Below are positions 18,134-28,716 of a stretch of DNA of 43,738 nucleotides, in pieces (position 1 is the first letter of the stretch; each line of letters starts with the position of its first letter). The DNA is from Archaeoglobus sp. JdFR-37. Lineage in GTDB: Archaea > Halobacteriota > Archaeoglobi > Archaeoglobales > Archaeoglobaceae. Made by a program: the position numbers and the translations under genes. The notes beneath the pieces were generated by a model. That model was not told where the DNA came from. It searched no databases and saw only the letters and a program-made list of their open reading frames with translations. The stretch lies in contig MTMY01000024.1 of NCBI GenBank assembly GCA_002010215.1, forward strand, positions 1 to 43,738, given 5' to 3'.

Positions 18134-19224
18134 CTGCTTAACCCCCTGAACTGCATCCATTCCTTAAGCTTTCCGGTGATGAACACTTCTACATCCTTCA
18201 GCTCATCAATTCTGGAGCAGCCAGTGAGAAACATAGCTGTTTTGAGACCTCTGATGAAGTAATTTATGGTTTTGACTACTTCATCAACGCTTACCGTTGC
18301 AGGATGAAGAAATGGTAGGGCTGATGAAGCCATAGATGCTCCTAGGGCTAAGCTTTTGGCCACGTCAATCCCATTCCTAATCCCACCGGTGGCAATGGTG
18401 GGGAGTATCCTACGTGTCTCCACTACACAAAAGGCTGTTGGAATTCCCCAGTTCCAGAAATCCTTTCCTATATTTTTCGAGACTTCATCATTCAATCGGT
18501 ACACCTCAACCCCGCTCCAGCTGGTTCCACCCTTTCCGCCAACATCCACTGCATCAACACCGCATTCCTTCAGTTTTGCGGCCATATCTCCCGTTATTCC
18601 AGCTCCTGTCTCCTTCACTATTACCGGAACCTTCAACTCCTTACTTGCTTCCTCTATCGCCTTCAAAGCCCCCTTTGCCTTCGTCTCGCCTTCAGGCTGA
18701 ATTGCCTCCTGAAGGAAATTGAGGTGAATCGCAATGGCATCAGCATCAATCATCTCGATGGCTTTCTCGGCTATCTCGACTCCCTTCTCTATCAACTGGG
18801 GAATGCCTATGTTGGCGTATATGAAAGCGTTCGGAGCTTTATCTCTGACAACAGAGAAGGTGTCAACAACACTCTCATCTTCTATTGCAGCTCTCTGACT
18901 TCCAACACCCATACCTATACCCAGCATTTCGGCAGCCTCAGCCAGATTTGCATTTATCACCTTGGTTTCTGGATGGCCACCGGTCATTGAAGCAATAAGA
19001 AGTGGTGCAGAAAAGCCATGATCCAAGAAGGTAACAGATGTATCAACTTCATCCAGATCCACTTCGGGCAGGGAACGATGGATAAGCATGACGTCCTCAA
19101 AGCCCGTATAGCTTGATTCCACATCCTCCTCAATACATATCCTGACATGATCCAGCTTTCTACTTTTAACCCTCTCACCTGTTGCATTTGATGGGTTACC
19201 GTATGATGGTTCCAACCCTCTCAC
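18130..19224 (-). CDS. fni: Type 2 isopentenyl-diphosphate delta-isomerase (start may be TTG 19215)
   Basis: RKLDH, MTGG, GVGSQR, HLNFLQE, KETG and GGTSW motifs. Confidence 0.96.
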   Translation of the reverse strand: MRGLEPSYGNPSNATGERVKSRKLDHVRICIEEDVESSYTGFEDVMLIHRSLPEVDLDEVDTSVTFLDHGFSAPLLIASMTGGHPETKVINANLAEAAEMLGIGMGVGSQRAAIEDESVVDTFSVVRDKAPNAFIYANIGIPQLIEKGVEIAEKAIEMIDADAIAIHLNFLQEAIQPEGETKAKGALKAIEEASKELKVPVIVKETGAGITGDMAAKLKECGVDAVDVGGKGGTSWSGVEVYRLNDEVSKNIGKDFWNWGIPTAFCVVETRRILPTIATGGIRNGIDVAKSLALGASMASSALPFLHPATVSVDEVVKTINYFIRGLKTAMFLTGCSRIDELKDVEVFITGKLKEWMQFRGLSR

Positions 19225-19939
19225 CCCTCAGAAATTTCTCTATAGCTCCCGGATTAGCCTGAAAAACAGCAACTTCACATCCAATCCTGAGTATAGCTTC
19301 TAATTTACCCCTCATGCCCCCGGTCACATCCGATTTATTTCCAGCGTCTCCGATCTTATCAAGGATTTTCTGAAGCTCCTCGCGGCTTAGTTCATCCATA
19401 ACTTTATCCTCAATCAAAAGGGGCGTGTCGGTAGCGAAGCCAACTCTATCCGCTCCAAGCCCATTGGCGAGCATTTCCACTATCTTATCCCCTGATATGA
19501 CCCTATACTGGCCATCTCCTGCCACCATATCACCGTGAAGAACTGGTACCATTCCATTATCCACAAGCTGCTGTATGAGCTCTAAGGGAACTGTGAATCG
19601 ATCATTCTCAATGGAGAAAGCGTTGAATGGGGATACACTTATTGCTGGAACTCCTCTGGCCATCAGCTCTCTGCATATCATCAGATTTAGCTCCCTGCAC
19701 GAAGCATGAGTTTCTGCTAGGCCTAATGGATGAACTCTGTGGAGCAGATCATACTTTTCCACATGAGGGTGACCGAAGGAGCCAACACCGTGAACCAGTA
19801 TGAGCCTGTCGGGAATTCTGGAGATTTCCTCCGCTATTCTTCTGATTTCCTCCATCTTCGCCCTGTTGGTGACTCCTTTGGTCTTATCTGTTATAACTGC
19901 CCCTCCTATCTTGAGTATTCTAAGAGATCTATTGCTCAA
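19196..19939 (-). CDS. ipk: Isopentenyl phosphate kinase
   Basis: LKIGGAVITDK, HGVGSFGH, LHGD, SGD and DVTGGM motifs; located in the mevalonate cluster. Confidence 0.93.
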   Translation of the reverse strand: MSNRSLRILKIGGAVITDKTKGVTNRAKMEEIRRIAEEISRIPDRLILVHGVGSFGHPHVEKYDLLHRVHPLGLAETHASCRELNLMICRELMARGVPAISVSPFNAFSIENDRFTVPLELIQQLVDNGMVPVLHGDMVAGDGQYRVISGDKIVEMLANGLGADRVGFATDTPLLIEDKVMDELSREELQKILDKIGDAGNKSDVTGGMRGKLEAILRIGCEVAVFQANPGAIEKFLRGERVGTIIR

Positions 19940-20807
19940 CTCTAACGCCCTCCTTCTCTGCTCTCACAATCATCCCGCCAAATTTTTGGGCTGCATTCAT
20001 AAGCTTATCCTCTTGGCCAATCCCTATAACGCATCCGCCACCTCCAGCTCCAGTGAGCTTGGCAGCAATGCCGAATTCATCAAGCTTCTCTATTAGCTCC
20101 TCAATTTTCCTGCTGGAAACTCCTATGGCTTTGAGCAGAGCCTGATTTATCCTGAACAGCTCTGGATAATTCTCCTGATTTGACACGTTCTTGATGGCTT
20201 CAATCGACACAACGTCGATGGCATCAAAAATCTTCTCATAAACTTCCGGCATGACCTTTCTTCGTTCTGCAACTCCTCCCACCATTTCCGAGGTTATAGA
20301 TTTCTCCCCTGTATCCACAACCAGAAATTCCATATCGAGACTAATTGGCTTTCTCTCGGGGATTTGCCATGCACCACCGAAGGTTGAAACAAAGGGATCG
20401 GTTCCGCTCCCAACCCCTTGAACGTCAAGTTCCACCTTCCTTGCCAGTTCAAATACATCCTCTTTATCAAGCCCAGCTTCAAATTCAGCATCCAACGCAG
20501 CAAGGGTTGCGACTGTGACAGCAGCAGAACTGCCCAACCCAGATGCGACGGGAATTTCGCTTTCAATCTTTACGTTTACCCCGTTAATCTTTTCAATTTC
20601 AGAAAAGCGCTTGATGGCGAAGCTGACATAGGGGTGCACTTCAAAATCCAGTGAGGTTGTCCCGAGAGGGGAGGTTATCCTGATGCTTGAACCCTTTGAT
20701 ACATCTACATAGCACCTGAGATTTATGGCAGTAACGAGAGCATGCCTGCCATACACCACCGCATGCTCCCCAAACAGAAAGGCCTTCCCCGGAGCTGAGG
20801 CTCTCAT
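19929..20807 (-). CDS. mvk: Mevalonate kinase
   Basis: APGKAFLFGEHAVVYG, GHMP motif PVASGLGSSAA, and KLTGAGGGG. Confidence 0.96.
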   Translation of the reverse strand: MRASAPGKAFLFGEHAVVYGRHALVTAINLRCYVDVSKGSSIRITSPLGTTSLDFEVHPYVSFAIKRFSEIEKINGVNVKIESEIPVASGLGSSAAVTVATLAALDAEFEAGLDKEDVFELARKVELDVQGVGSGTDPFVSTFGGAWQIPERKPISLDMEFLVVDTGEKSITSEMVGGVAERRKVMPEVYEKIFDAIDVVSIEAIKNVSNQENYPELFRINQALLKAIGVSSRKIEELIEKLDEFGIAAKLTGAGGGGCVIGIGQEDKLMNAAQKFGGMIVRAEKEGVRVEQ

Positions 20808-20966
20808 CGTTTTCCGCACTGCAGGGTGATTAATAAATTTTGGGTGGAAGAAGGTTTAATACTATATCTTGAAATTGTTTCACATTCAATCATTCCATTG
20901 TCTAGCTGCTAAATAAGACGAGGAGAGCTTTCAAAGCTTTTTACCCTTGCCACATAACACAAGTGG

Positions 20967-21752
20967 CTAAACCCTAAAGGCTATACCTGCATACCCCACA
21001 ACGCTGCTTCTGTCAGCCACATCACCACTGGTGGAGTAATCCACCAGTTCTGGTCTGGCGTTCTTGTGCTTGGCATAGTACATAGCAACTCCTATCGTCC
21101 CGTATCCACAAACGCTGGCCTGCATATCGTAGATCTTCCTGTAATAAGCTGGGATATCCATCGAGATAATGGCATCTATAACCTCTCCATCCAGCCTCCT
21201 GCACTCATCATCTGGTAGATAATGGTGCATGTCGCTTGATGCAATTACCACAACCCTCTTGCCAGTCTCTTCTTCAGCCTTAATTATCTCATCACAAACA
21301 TCTTTGGCAGTCTCCTGATCCTGTAAGCCCAGACAGATTGGGACGATTTTTATGTCCCCATGCAGAAACTGGAGAAATGGCACTTGCACTTCTAAGCTGT
21401 GCTCGTATCTGTGGGCAGTATCATCAACAACCACACATATCTTCGGCATTGCATCAACAAACTCCTGATCAACCTCTACAACGCCCAGAGGAGTCATCCA
21501 TGAGTCCATACCAACTGCAACCGGAGAGCCGTAACCCGTATGATTGGGGCCGAGAATGACGTAGGTGTCAGCCTTTGGCGTTAAAGAGAGCACTTTGCCG
21601 GCTGTTCTCCCTGAATACATGTATCCTGCATGAGGTGACACGCACGCCACAAGTCTGGAGTCAGGATTTGGTGAAGTGAACTCCTTAAGCATGGCAATCA
21701 GCGATTCAGGGTTCCGGGGATAGAAGGAACCTGCCACTGCGGGACGTCTCAT
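20967..21752 (-). CDS. MEMO1-family protein (AmmeMemoRadiSam protein B-like)
   Basis: RRPAVAGSFYP, PHAGYMYSG, EHSLEVQ and SSDMHH motifs. Confidence 0.95.
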   Translation of the reverse strand: MRRPAVAGSFYPRNPESLIAMLKEFTSPNPDSRLVACVSPHAGYMYSGRTAGKVLSLTPKADTYVILGPNHTGYGSPVAVGMDSWMTPLGVVEVDQEFVDAMPKICVVVDDTAHRYEHSLEVQVPFLQFLHGDIKIVPICLGLQDQETAKDVCDEIIKAEEETGKRVVVIASSDMHHYLPDDECRRLDGEVIDAIISMDIPAYYRKIYDMQASVCGYGTIGVAMYYAKHKNARPELVDYSTSGDVADRSSVVGYAGIAFRV

Positions 21753-21837
21753 GAACAAGAGTTGACAGCAATGTACTTAAGACTGTCGTAGATAGCGTTA
21801 GATAGATTTGAAGGAAGTTAAGGGGGCTGCATACTAC

Positions 21838-22728
21838 ATGAAGCTCGGCGTTGTGGTGAATCCCTTTGCCGGCAGAGGTGTGGATGAAAAGCTTGTGAGG
21901 AGCGTTGTTGAAAAGCTAGGTGAGGCTGTTCTGGCAGGTGAGGAAGAGCTGGGAGAACGCTACGTGAACGCAAAACCTGTCAAAATTCAGCGCAGTTACA
22001 GTGGCAAGGACACCACGCAGCTCGTGAAAGCAATGGATGGAAAGGTGGACGCTATCGTTGTTTTTGGTGGCGACGGGACTGCAAGTGACGCTGCCTCAGC
22101 CATGCCAGAAACTCCACTCCTCTGCATAGGTACTGGCACCACCAATGCGGGATGGCTGATAACCCCACCAGAATTCAATCCAGAGAGGTTGAAAGTTGTT
22201 GAGGTTGACGCTTTGCTGCTAAAGGAGACTGGAAAGCTGGCGTTCAATGATATAGCTGCAGGAAACACCATCTTGACCACCATGGAGGACAGAATAGCCC
22301 ATGTGGATGCTGAAAAGTTCATGAAAGGGGAGAAAGTGCCATGCACTCCGAAAAAGTTCCGTGCCAAGGTGACTATTGATGAAAAGACCATTGAAGGAGT
22401 TTTCGGCAACGTTTTCGTCAACCTCACTTCAGAAAGTTTTCTTGGTAAAGGGACTGCTGGAGGTACAGCTATATCTACCTTTGTCGGCTTCCCTGCTGTT
22501 GTTGGCTGTGTAAGCCACCCTATCGTGGTGGCAGACTACACAAAAGAAGACTTGAGAAAGGTTGAGCCCATAGAAACCGTAACACTCAGCCTAGACTATG
22601 GTGAAGAAGCTGTTATTGAGTGTGATACAGTTATATCAGCAGATGGAAACCCGCAGCTTAAGGGGAGAGCAACGATTAGCGTTATTGAAAAAGCTGTAAG
22701 GGTGATTAAAATCAAGGAGGATATCTGA
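21838..22728 (+). CDS. NAD kinase/AcoX-like (GGDGT) protein
   Basis: VNPFAG, GGDGT, GTTN and FND motifs; substrate unknown. Confidence 0.75.
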   Translation: MKLGVVVNPFAGRGVDEKLVRSVVEKLGEAVLAGEEELGERYVNAKPVKIQRSYSGKDTTQLVKAMDGKVDAIVVFGGDGTASDAASAMPETPLLCIGTGTTNAGWLITPPEFNPERLKVVEVDALLLKETGKLAFNDIAAGNTILTTMEDRIAHVDAEKFMKGEKVPCTPKKFRAKVTIDEKTIEGVFGNVFVNLTSESFLGKGTAGGTAISTFVGFPAVVGCVSHPIVVADYTKEDLRKVEPIETVTLSLDYGEEAVIECDTVISADGNPQLKGRATISVIEKAVRVIKIKEDI

Positions 22729-23731
22729 TGTGGCTGATGTGGCTGGCACGTTTCAGATGCCTCAACACGTCAGATGTTAGATAATCCAGAACGGTTCCCT
22801 TAGCCTCCTTTATGCGAAGCTTTTCCACCACCCAACTGTATTCTCCCCCTTCAATCCCCTCAGCAATTACTGCAGCGCCCTCAGCACTCTGCTTCGCAAC
22901 CCCAAAACCTTCCAGAAGCGTGACTTCATCCTCAAATATCTCAGACAGCTTTTTCGATATTGCTTTAGCCTTACTCCCCGACAAAATAATTCTATCCCAC
23001 TTAATGCTAGGTTCAAGAGCCTTTACACTCTTTGCAGCGAACTCAGCAAGAATTTCGTGGGCCTCCCTTTCACTCAACCCCTCGTCATCGGCGTAACTCT
23101 TAACTCCTCCTGCAAACACCAGACTTTTCTCAAAGCCTCCAAGCAGATAAGCTAATTCGGCATCCATAAAGCCGAGGCTGCTCCAACCTGGGAAGGAAGA
23201 TGTGCCCCCCAGTCCATCAACAACCCTACCCTTATCAACCGCTATGAAGGAGCTGAAACCGTAACCGATTTCTGCGAGAATGAAGTTCTGTTCTGCAAGC
23301 CCCTCAATAGTCGCAAGAGCCAGTGCAACACTGCAGAGCTTGTCAGAGGTTCCCATATCAATGCGGTTCATCTTCCTGTGCTTTGGGACGGTATCGAGAT
23401 GGATGAGGCCAGGTATTGTGTAAATAGGCACATTGCTTCTTCTGGCCACATCTATCAGCGTTCTCAGCCCAAGTGTGGCTTTTCTATCAAGGTTGAGTGT
23501 CATCAGGAAGATCTCATCGTCTGTAAGCTCAGAGAACTTCTTTACGGGCATCCCATAGCCTGAGAGGCCGGCAGCCACATCAACACTCCAGCTTTTCAGA
23601 GCTTCAACAATCGCCCCCGGATTTTCCTTAACTTCTTCCTTTGAAAAGCTGAGTTTAGCTACAGCCTTCCCGTTTTCCATGATGAAGATCTCGTACCCAG
23701 AGGTTCCGGCATCTATTCCTGCCGCTATCAC
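22712..23731 (-). CDS. DUF1464 ASKHA-fold (butyrate kinase-like) protein
   Basis: GIDAGT, SGYGMP, NRIDMGTSDK and VDGLGG motifs. Confidence 0.85.
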   Translation of the reverse strand: MIAAGIDAGTSGYEIFIMENGKAVAKLSFSKEEVKENPGAIVEALKSWSVDVAAGLSGYGMPVKKFSELTDDEIFLMTLNLDRKATLGLRTLIDVARRSNVPIYTIPGLIHLDTVPKHRKMNRIDMGTSDKLCSVALALATIEGLAEQNFILAEIGYGFSSFIAVDKGRVVDGLGGTSSFPGWSSLGFMDAELAYLLGGFEKSLVFAGGVKSYADDEGLSEREAHEILAEFAAKSVKALEPSIKWDRIILSGSKAKAISKKLSEIFEDEVTLLEGFGVAKQSAEGAAVIAEGIEGGEYSWVVEKLRIKEAKGTVLDYLTSDVLRHLKRASHISHIRYPP

Positions 23732-24882
23732 CAGAGCCCACCCTTCAGGTGCCCCTTTATTTTATCTGTGGTGCTCACCATCATCCTTTCGAAGGTCACA
23801 ACGTATTTGCCATCCTTTTCCTCAATATCTCCAAAGACTGCCTCAATCCCCATCCTCCTCACGTGCTCCTTGAAGAGCTTCAGCGTCTCCATGCTGGAAA
23901 AGCTCAGCCTAGTTTTCTCGGTTATCTTCTTACCCTCAGCCACCTCCCTGATGCTTTCAACCATGGGCTGAAGAATTGACATTCCAAGTCTCAAACAGCG
24001 CTCCCTGAATTCTCTTTCATTCTCCTTTAGCTCAAAGCTCTGAAAACCTTCTCGGACAATTCTGGAGAACATAAAGTCCCTTCCATAATCATTGAAGTAA
24101 CGGAATGCGTATCTCAGATCCCCGCAATTCGACTGACTTGATGTGTACTTTATGGGCTCTTTTTTCATCTCAACATCCTTGAAAACTATACCCTCTCTGC
24201 CTTCCTCCCCAAGTTTCTTCACCACCTCAAAGGCTATTTCATGGGCAATCTCCACTTCAACCACATCAAGTATGGGCGCCATGTTTAACGAATATTCCTG
24301 GCAGAGCCTTTCCTTTTCCCTGATGCTCAGAGGCCTGTTGCTTCTCTTCTCCCGGATATCAAAAACGTAGAACTCCAGTTTTACTCCGTAAGTAGCCTTG
24401 GGTACAAAGGGAGACTCCTCTCCGACAGCTTCGCAACACAGCATGAGGTCAGGATGGTCATGAAAAAAAGCAATATCAATTAGCTCTCTTGCTTTCTCAG
24501 TAGTGTAAGGGCATATGTAGCCTCTCCGGGTTATCCCGTAGATGTTCTCTCCCAACAAGGCTATTCTGGCATTATATCCGTTCATTTTTTCTTCCAAAGC
24601 GACTTCTCCACTGAATCGTCTTTTGATGGTGGGATAGAGGGTCAGAGCCCTTCGGATTTTGGGATATCCCCTCACAACTTCCAAGCCGTGTTTTGTCTTT
24701 GCTATGAGTGTTCCCTCTTCATATTCTCCAAATTTCTTCTCCAGTTTGTAAGCTTCGATGACATCCCCAAAAAAAGGGTGTTTAATCAGAGCATTTTTTA
24801 ATATATTTCTTTCCCCCAGCCTTTCTGCAGCAGGGGGCGTTAAATTGAGGGCTTCAGCGACGAACTTCATAAAAATTAGCAC
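23728..24882 (-). CDS. ATP-dependent RNA ligase, Pab1020/Rnl3 family
   Basis: Motif I EKMNGYN, plus TRRGYICP, VFDI, EGIVFK and IKY. Confidence 0.93.
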   Translation of the reverse strand: MLIFMKFVAEALNLTPPAAERLGERNILKNALIKHPFFGDVIEAYKLEKKFGEYEEGTLIAKTKHGLEVVRGYPKIRRALTLYPTIKRRFSGEVALEEKMNGYNARIALLGENIYGITRRGYICPYTTEKARELIDIAFFHDHPDLMLCCEAVGEESPFVPKATYGVKLEFYVFDIREKRSNRPLSIREKERLCQEYSLNMAPILDVVEVEIAHEIAFEVVKKLGEEGREGIVFKDVEMKKEPIKYTSSQSNCGDLRYAFRYFNDYGRDFMFSRIVREGFQSFELKENEREFRERCLRLGMSILQPMVESIREVAEGKKITEKTRLSFSSMETLKLFKEHVRRMGIEAVFGDIEEKDGKYVVTFERMMVSTTDKIKGHLKGGLW

Positions 24883-25820
24883 TTGACTTGGCAGAGAAAT
24901 CTGACAAGGTCCCTCTCAGTTACTATACCTTCCAGATCCTCATCTCCCACAATGAGGGCTGCTCCATGGCCCGTCTCCACCATTTTGTCAACCACTTCGC
25001 TTATGCTGGCATATGGTGGGAATGTAAGGGGTTCCCGGTACTGCAGAACCTTCTCATTGGACAGGATCACTTTGACAGGCTTGTCTATAATTTCCGACAC
25101 ATCTCCAGTAACCAGAAGCTTGAAAGCTTCGCCAGAAGCAAAGTACTGGAGCAGAGTTGTTGAGGTTATCAAACCCATAAGTATGCCGTCTTTTATTATG
25201 GGTAGTCTTCTGATACCTTTTTCCACCATCAGTTTCATAGCATCTCTGATGGTAGTGTCAGGTTCAGCAGTTATCACTCCTCTCGTCATATAGTCTGAAA
25301 CGATTCCATCAAAGTTCTTGTGGGATGAGAGGTAATGCAGGACATCCCTCTCCGTTAGAATTCCGATAACTCTATCCTCTCTATCAACTATCGGCATGCC
25401 TCCAACTCTATTCTTGAGCAAAAGCTCCAGAACATCCTCAAAGCTACTGGTAAAATCTGCTGCAATAACATTCCTTTCCATTATCTCTCTGACTTCCTCA
25501 TTAATTGCCACAAGAAGGTTTCCATCATACCTGTCCTCAACTATTCTGTGCTTCTCTCCACCGCCGAAGAAGTTAACTATGTCCATTCCGGTGATTATTC
25601 CCTCAAGTCTCTTTGTGCCAGGATCGGCAACGGGAAGCCTCCTGAAGCTGTAAGTGATCATACTCTTGACTGCACTCATGATGGTAGAAGTTGGAGGAAT
25701 TGTGATTACATTTTTGGTGGCCACGTTCATCACAGAACCTGGCTTGATGACATTTTTTCCCGATTTACGCTCATCATCACCTATTTTTGCTCCGATAAAG
25801 TCGTTTCGCCTAACTTTCAT
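24876..25820 (-). CDS. Four-CBS-domain protein
   Basis: Repeated CBS patterns (RRLPV, GGMPIV, RRLPII, GIVTERD). Confidence 0.93.
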   Translation of the reverse strand: MKVRRNDFIGAKIGDDERKSGKNVIKPGSVMNVATKNVITIPPTSTIMSAVKSMITYSFRRLPVADPGTKRLEGIITGMDIVNFFGGGEKHRIVEDRYDGNLLVAINEEVREIMERNVIAADFTSSFEDVLELLLKNRVGGMPIVDREDRVIGILTERDVLHYLSSHKNFDGIVSDYMTRGVITAEPDTTIRDAMKLMVEKGIRRLPIIKDGILMGLITSTTLLQYFASGEAFKLLVTGDVSEIIDKPVKVILSNEKVLQYREPLTFPPYASISEVVDKMVETGHGAALIVGDEDLEGIVTERDLVRFLCQVKC

Positions 25821-25860
25821 TAATACACCCCACTATACCTCACTATTTCCACTTTAACCC

Positions 25861-26400
25861 TCACTCTGACTCGTAGCAGTCCTCACAAACCTTCATGCCC
25901 TGAAGGTCAAAAAGGTTCTCGGTAAACTTGCCACATCGCTCACACTTTCCTCCAATTTCCTCCTCAATGTCATAAAACCTGTCAGTTATCAAACCCATGA
26001 ATTCGCCAAGGTCAAGTGAGACAGTAAGGATGTCGGTATCAGTCACTATTCCGAGGAGCCTGTCTCCATCCACAACAGGCAGCCTTCTTATCCCACGTTT
26101 CAGCATTATCTTAGCAGCTTCTCTGAGGCTGTAGGTGGGTTTGATAGTTATTACTGGGTAACTCATTATATCTCCAAGATTTACTTCAGAAGGCACTCTG
26201 TTTCTGGATACCACCTTCTCAAGAATGTCTCTCTCCGTGACGATGCCTACCGGTTTTCCGTCCTCCACAACAACTATACTTCCAACACCATATTCTAGCA
26301 TTCTTCTGGAGGCATTCAGAAGCGATTCATCTTTTTCACCCACACAGACTTCCCTCGTCATTATTTCCTTCACTGGAAGGTCTGTTTCCATTTCCATCAC
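25861..26400 (-). CDS. CBS-pair protein with C-terminal zinc ribbon
   Basis: Two CBS domains followed by CERC...CEDC. Confidence 0.92.
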   Translation of the reverse strand: MMEMETDLPVKEIMTREVCVGEKDESLLNASRRMLEYGVGSIVVVEDGKPVGIVTERDILEKVVSRNRVPSEVNLGDIMSYPVITIKPTYSLREAAKIMLKRGIRRLPVVDGDRLLGIVTDTDILTVSLDLGEFMGLITDRFYDIEEEIGGKCERCGKFTENLFDLQGMKVCEDCYESE

Positions 26401-26510
26401 CAGACAACAGATGATTTCCAGCGGGATTTTAAAGCTTTTTGCCGCAAAGATGAGATTTGAAAAAAGAAATTTCCCATTTCTAATTTCTCCCTTGTCTGAA
26501 ACAATCTCAA

Positions 26511-26990
26511 TTATAAATAATTGAAAAACTGGAAATTGATGAATTTGAAAGCTCCAAACACCCCCATGGATGCTGCGATTACAACAATTCCCGCAATAAT
26601 TACTCCTGCAGCAATATAGATACTTGCCCTAAGTGGCTTCAATCCCAGAATGAATGCCAGAAGACAGCCAGTATAGGCACCGGTAACCGGTAGTGGGATT
26701 GAAACGAAAAGAGCAAGGCCAGGATAGCCGTAACGATCTATGATGTCCCTCTTCTTTTCAGTTCTCAATACCAGCTTCCCAAAAATTCTGGCAGTCATAT
26801 TCCATCGCTGAGCGATTTCAGAGATTTTGTGGAGGGTGAGAAGGAGGAAAGGCACAGGCAGGATATTGCCAAGCACTGAAAGAATATAGGCCTGCAGTGG
26901 TGTAAAACCAGCATATAATGCTAGAGGAATTCCTCCCCTCAACTCGACTATAGGTAGGGCGGAAACGAATACAACTTCATACCATTCCAT
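26511..26990 (-). CDS. COG2426 small multidrug-export-like membrane protein
   Basis: LPIVELRGGIP and IPLPVTGAY motifs. Confidence 0.88.
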   Translation of the reverse strand: MEWYEVVFVSALPIVELRGGIPLALYAGFTPLQAYILSVLGNILPVPFLLLTLHKISEIAQRWNMTARIFGKLVLRTEKKRDIIDRYGYPGLALFVSIPLPVTGAYTGCLLAFILGLKPLRASIYIAAGVIIAGIVVIAASMGVFGAFKFINFQFFNYL

Positions 26991-27864
26991 GAGCTCTTTC
27001 TACCCCCTTTAACATGTTCCACATTATTCTGTTGTACACCACATCCACACCTACCTCTTCACCTTTCGCCACAAAAGCTCCATTTATAAAGTCTATCTCT
27101 GTCCTTTTCCCCTTCTCAATATCCTGAAGCATTGACGAGCGATTGTTGGCAGTTTTGATGACAACCTCTCTTACCACTTCTTTAAGATTTCCTGTTTCAA
27201 AACCCAGAGCATTCAGAACAGCTTCGCACTCTTCAGCAATTTTTTCTGCTATGTCCCAGAGTTCCTTAACCTCAGCAATTTTGCCATTTCTCACTCTGGT
27301 GAGGGCAGTAATTGGATTTATACAGGCGTTGATAGCCGCTTTTACCCATATTCTCCTTCTTATGTCTTCCACCACTTCAACTTCTATGTAGGAATTTTTC
27401 AGGACTTCTTCAACGATCCTAACGTCCTCACTTATCCCACCATCTATTTCTCCAATGTAGGTTATGCCCTTGCCAGCGAAGATTATGTGTCCTGGCTCAA
27501 GCATATTGGCCCCATAGGTTGTTGTGCCGCCGATGACCCTGTTCAGGTGTTGCATGAGTATTTCCTCATTTCCTACGCCGTTCTGCAAACTGCATACAAT
27601 ACCTGGATCAATCTCTGCCAGAGCTTTCGCAGCATTTTCTGTGTCATAGGCTTTAACGGTAACAAAAGTTACATCAGCATCAATAGGTTTTGATGACGTT
27701 TTAACCAAGAACTCCGCCTCCATCAGACCTGAGACCTTCAATCCCTTCTTTAAAGCTTCATACTGCTTTCCCCTGGCTACATAAATCACCTCATAACCGG
27801 CTTGCTGGATTAAGGCGCCAAAAAGGCATCCGAGGGCACCAGCACCCATTATCTGAATTCTCAT
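26977..27864 (-). CDS. panE: Ketopantoate reductase (2-dehydropantoate 2-reductase)
   Basis: GAGALG, VKAYD, LQNG, SSMLQD and TEIDFING motifs. Confidence 0.93.
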   Translation of the reverse strand: MRIQIMGAGALGCLFGALIQQAGYEVIYVARGKQYEALKKGLKVSGLMEAEFLVKTSSKPIDADVTFVTVKAYDTENAAKALAEIDPGIVCSLQNGVGNEEILMQHLNRVIGGTTTYGANMLEPGHIIFAGKGITYIGEIDGGISEDVRIVEEVLKNSYIEVEVVEDIRRRIWVKAAINACINPITALTRVRNGKIAEVKELWDIAEKIAEECEAVLNALGFETGNLKEVVREVVIKTANNRSSMLQDIEKGKRTEIDFINGAFVAKGEEVGVDVVYNRIMWNMLKGVERAHGMV

Positions 27865-28013
27865 CGTGAAGGATTTGCTGCTGAGATTTTAAAATTTGGG
27901 TTGATTCTGGATGCTGCAGCCTATATACTGCACTCTCAACATCCACAGCCAAGAACCTACAAAAGGTTACAAGAGGGTCAAAAGGTTAATAATAGAGGAT
28001 GCCAAGCATTTCC

Positions 28014-28673
28014 ATGGAGTTTCGAATTCTTTCTAGGCCAAGTTACAGCCTTCTAGAACTCAAAATGGAGGATGGAGAGGAAGTGCAGGCCGAAACTGGA
28101 GCCATGGTTTACATGAGAAACGTGGAGCTCAAAACCCAGATGAAAGGGGGGCTGCTGAGTGGTTTCAAGAGAACATTGATGGGTGGCGAGTCCTTTTTCA
28201 TAAACCGCTTCGTTTCGAGGGGAGAAGGGTTGCTAGGGCTGGCTCCCTCATATCAGGGAGACATAGTCCATCTGAATGTGGATGGGAAAATCTACGCTCA
28301 AAGTGGTGCCTTTCTTGCGTCATCCCCTGAGATAGATATTGATACGAAGTGGGGTGGTGCGAAGACGTTTTTTGCCGGAGAAGGACTGTTTCTGCTGAAA
28401 CTTGAAGGACATGGCGATCTCTGGCTCTCATCATTTGGTGGAGTCGAGAACATCGACGTTGATGGCAGGCTGAAAGTGGATACTGGCCATATAGTTGCCT
28501 TCGAGGAGTCTCTGGACTACAGTATAAGCAGAGCAGGAGGACTCAAAGCCACTCTGTTAAGTGGAGAGGGGCTGGTTGCCGAGTTCAAAGGCTCTGGGAA
28601 GGTCTGGATTCAGACGAGGTCCATTGGGGATTACATAGGGTGGCTCTCTTCCCTCATTCCCACAAGAGACTAG
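28014..28673 (+). CDS. AIM24/TIGR00266 family protein
   Basis: AETGAMV, GGESFF, GEGLF and VDTGHIVAF motifs; start at 28014 fits the TATA at ~27984-27992. Confidence 0.9.
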   Translation: MEFRILSRPSYSLLELKMEDGEEVQAETGAMVYMRNVELKTQMKGGLLSGFKRTLMGGESFFINRFVSRGEGLLGLAPSYQGDIVHLNVDGKIYAQSGAFLASSPEIDIDTKWGGAKTFFAGEGLFLLKLEGHGDLWLSSFGGVENIDVDGRLKVDTGHIVAFEESLDYSISRAGGLKATLLSGEGLVAEFKGSGKVWIQTRSIGDYIGWLSSLIPTRD

Positions 28674-28716
28674 CACTAATTGTGAAAAATGCAATGAGAA
28701 GTTAAGGATAAGAAAA

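Noticed and set aside
19165..19182. Possible non-canonical GTT start for fni behind AGGTGA
   Set aside because: In-frame GTG 19224 and SD-preceded TTG 19215 exist. The motif is one copy of a 12-bp repeat.
27908..27947. Hairpin followed by ACA, a possible H/ACA guide RNA
   Set aside because: The pocket is highly asymmetric (1 versus 7 nt) and no K-turn or K-loop is evident.
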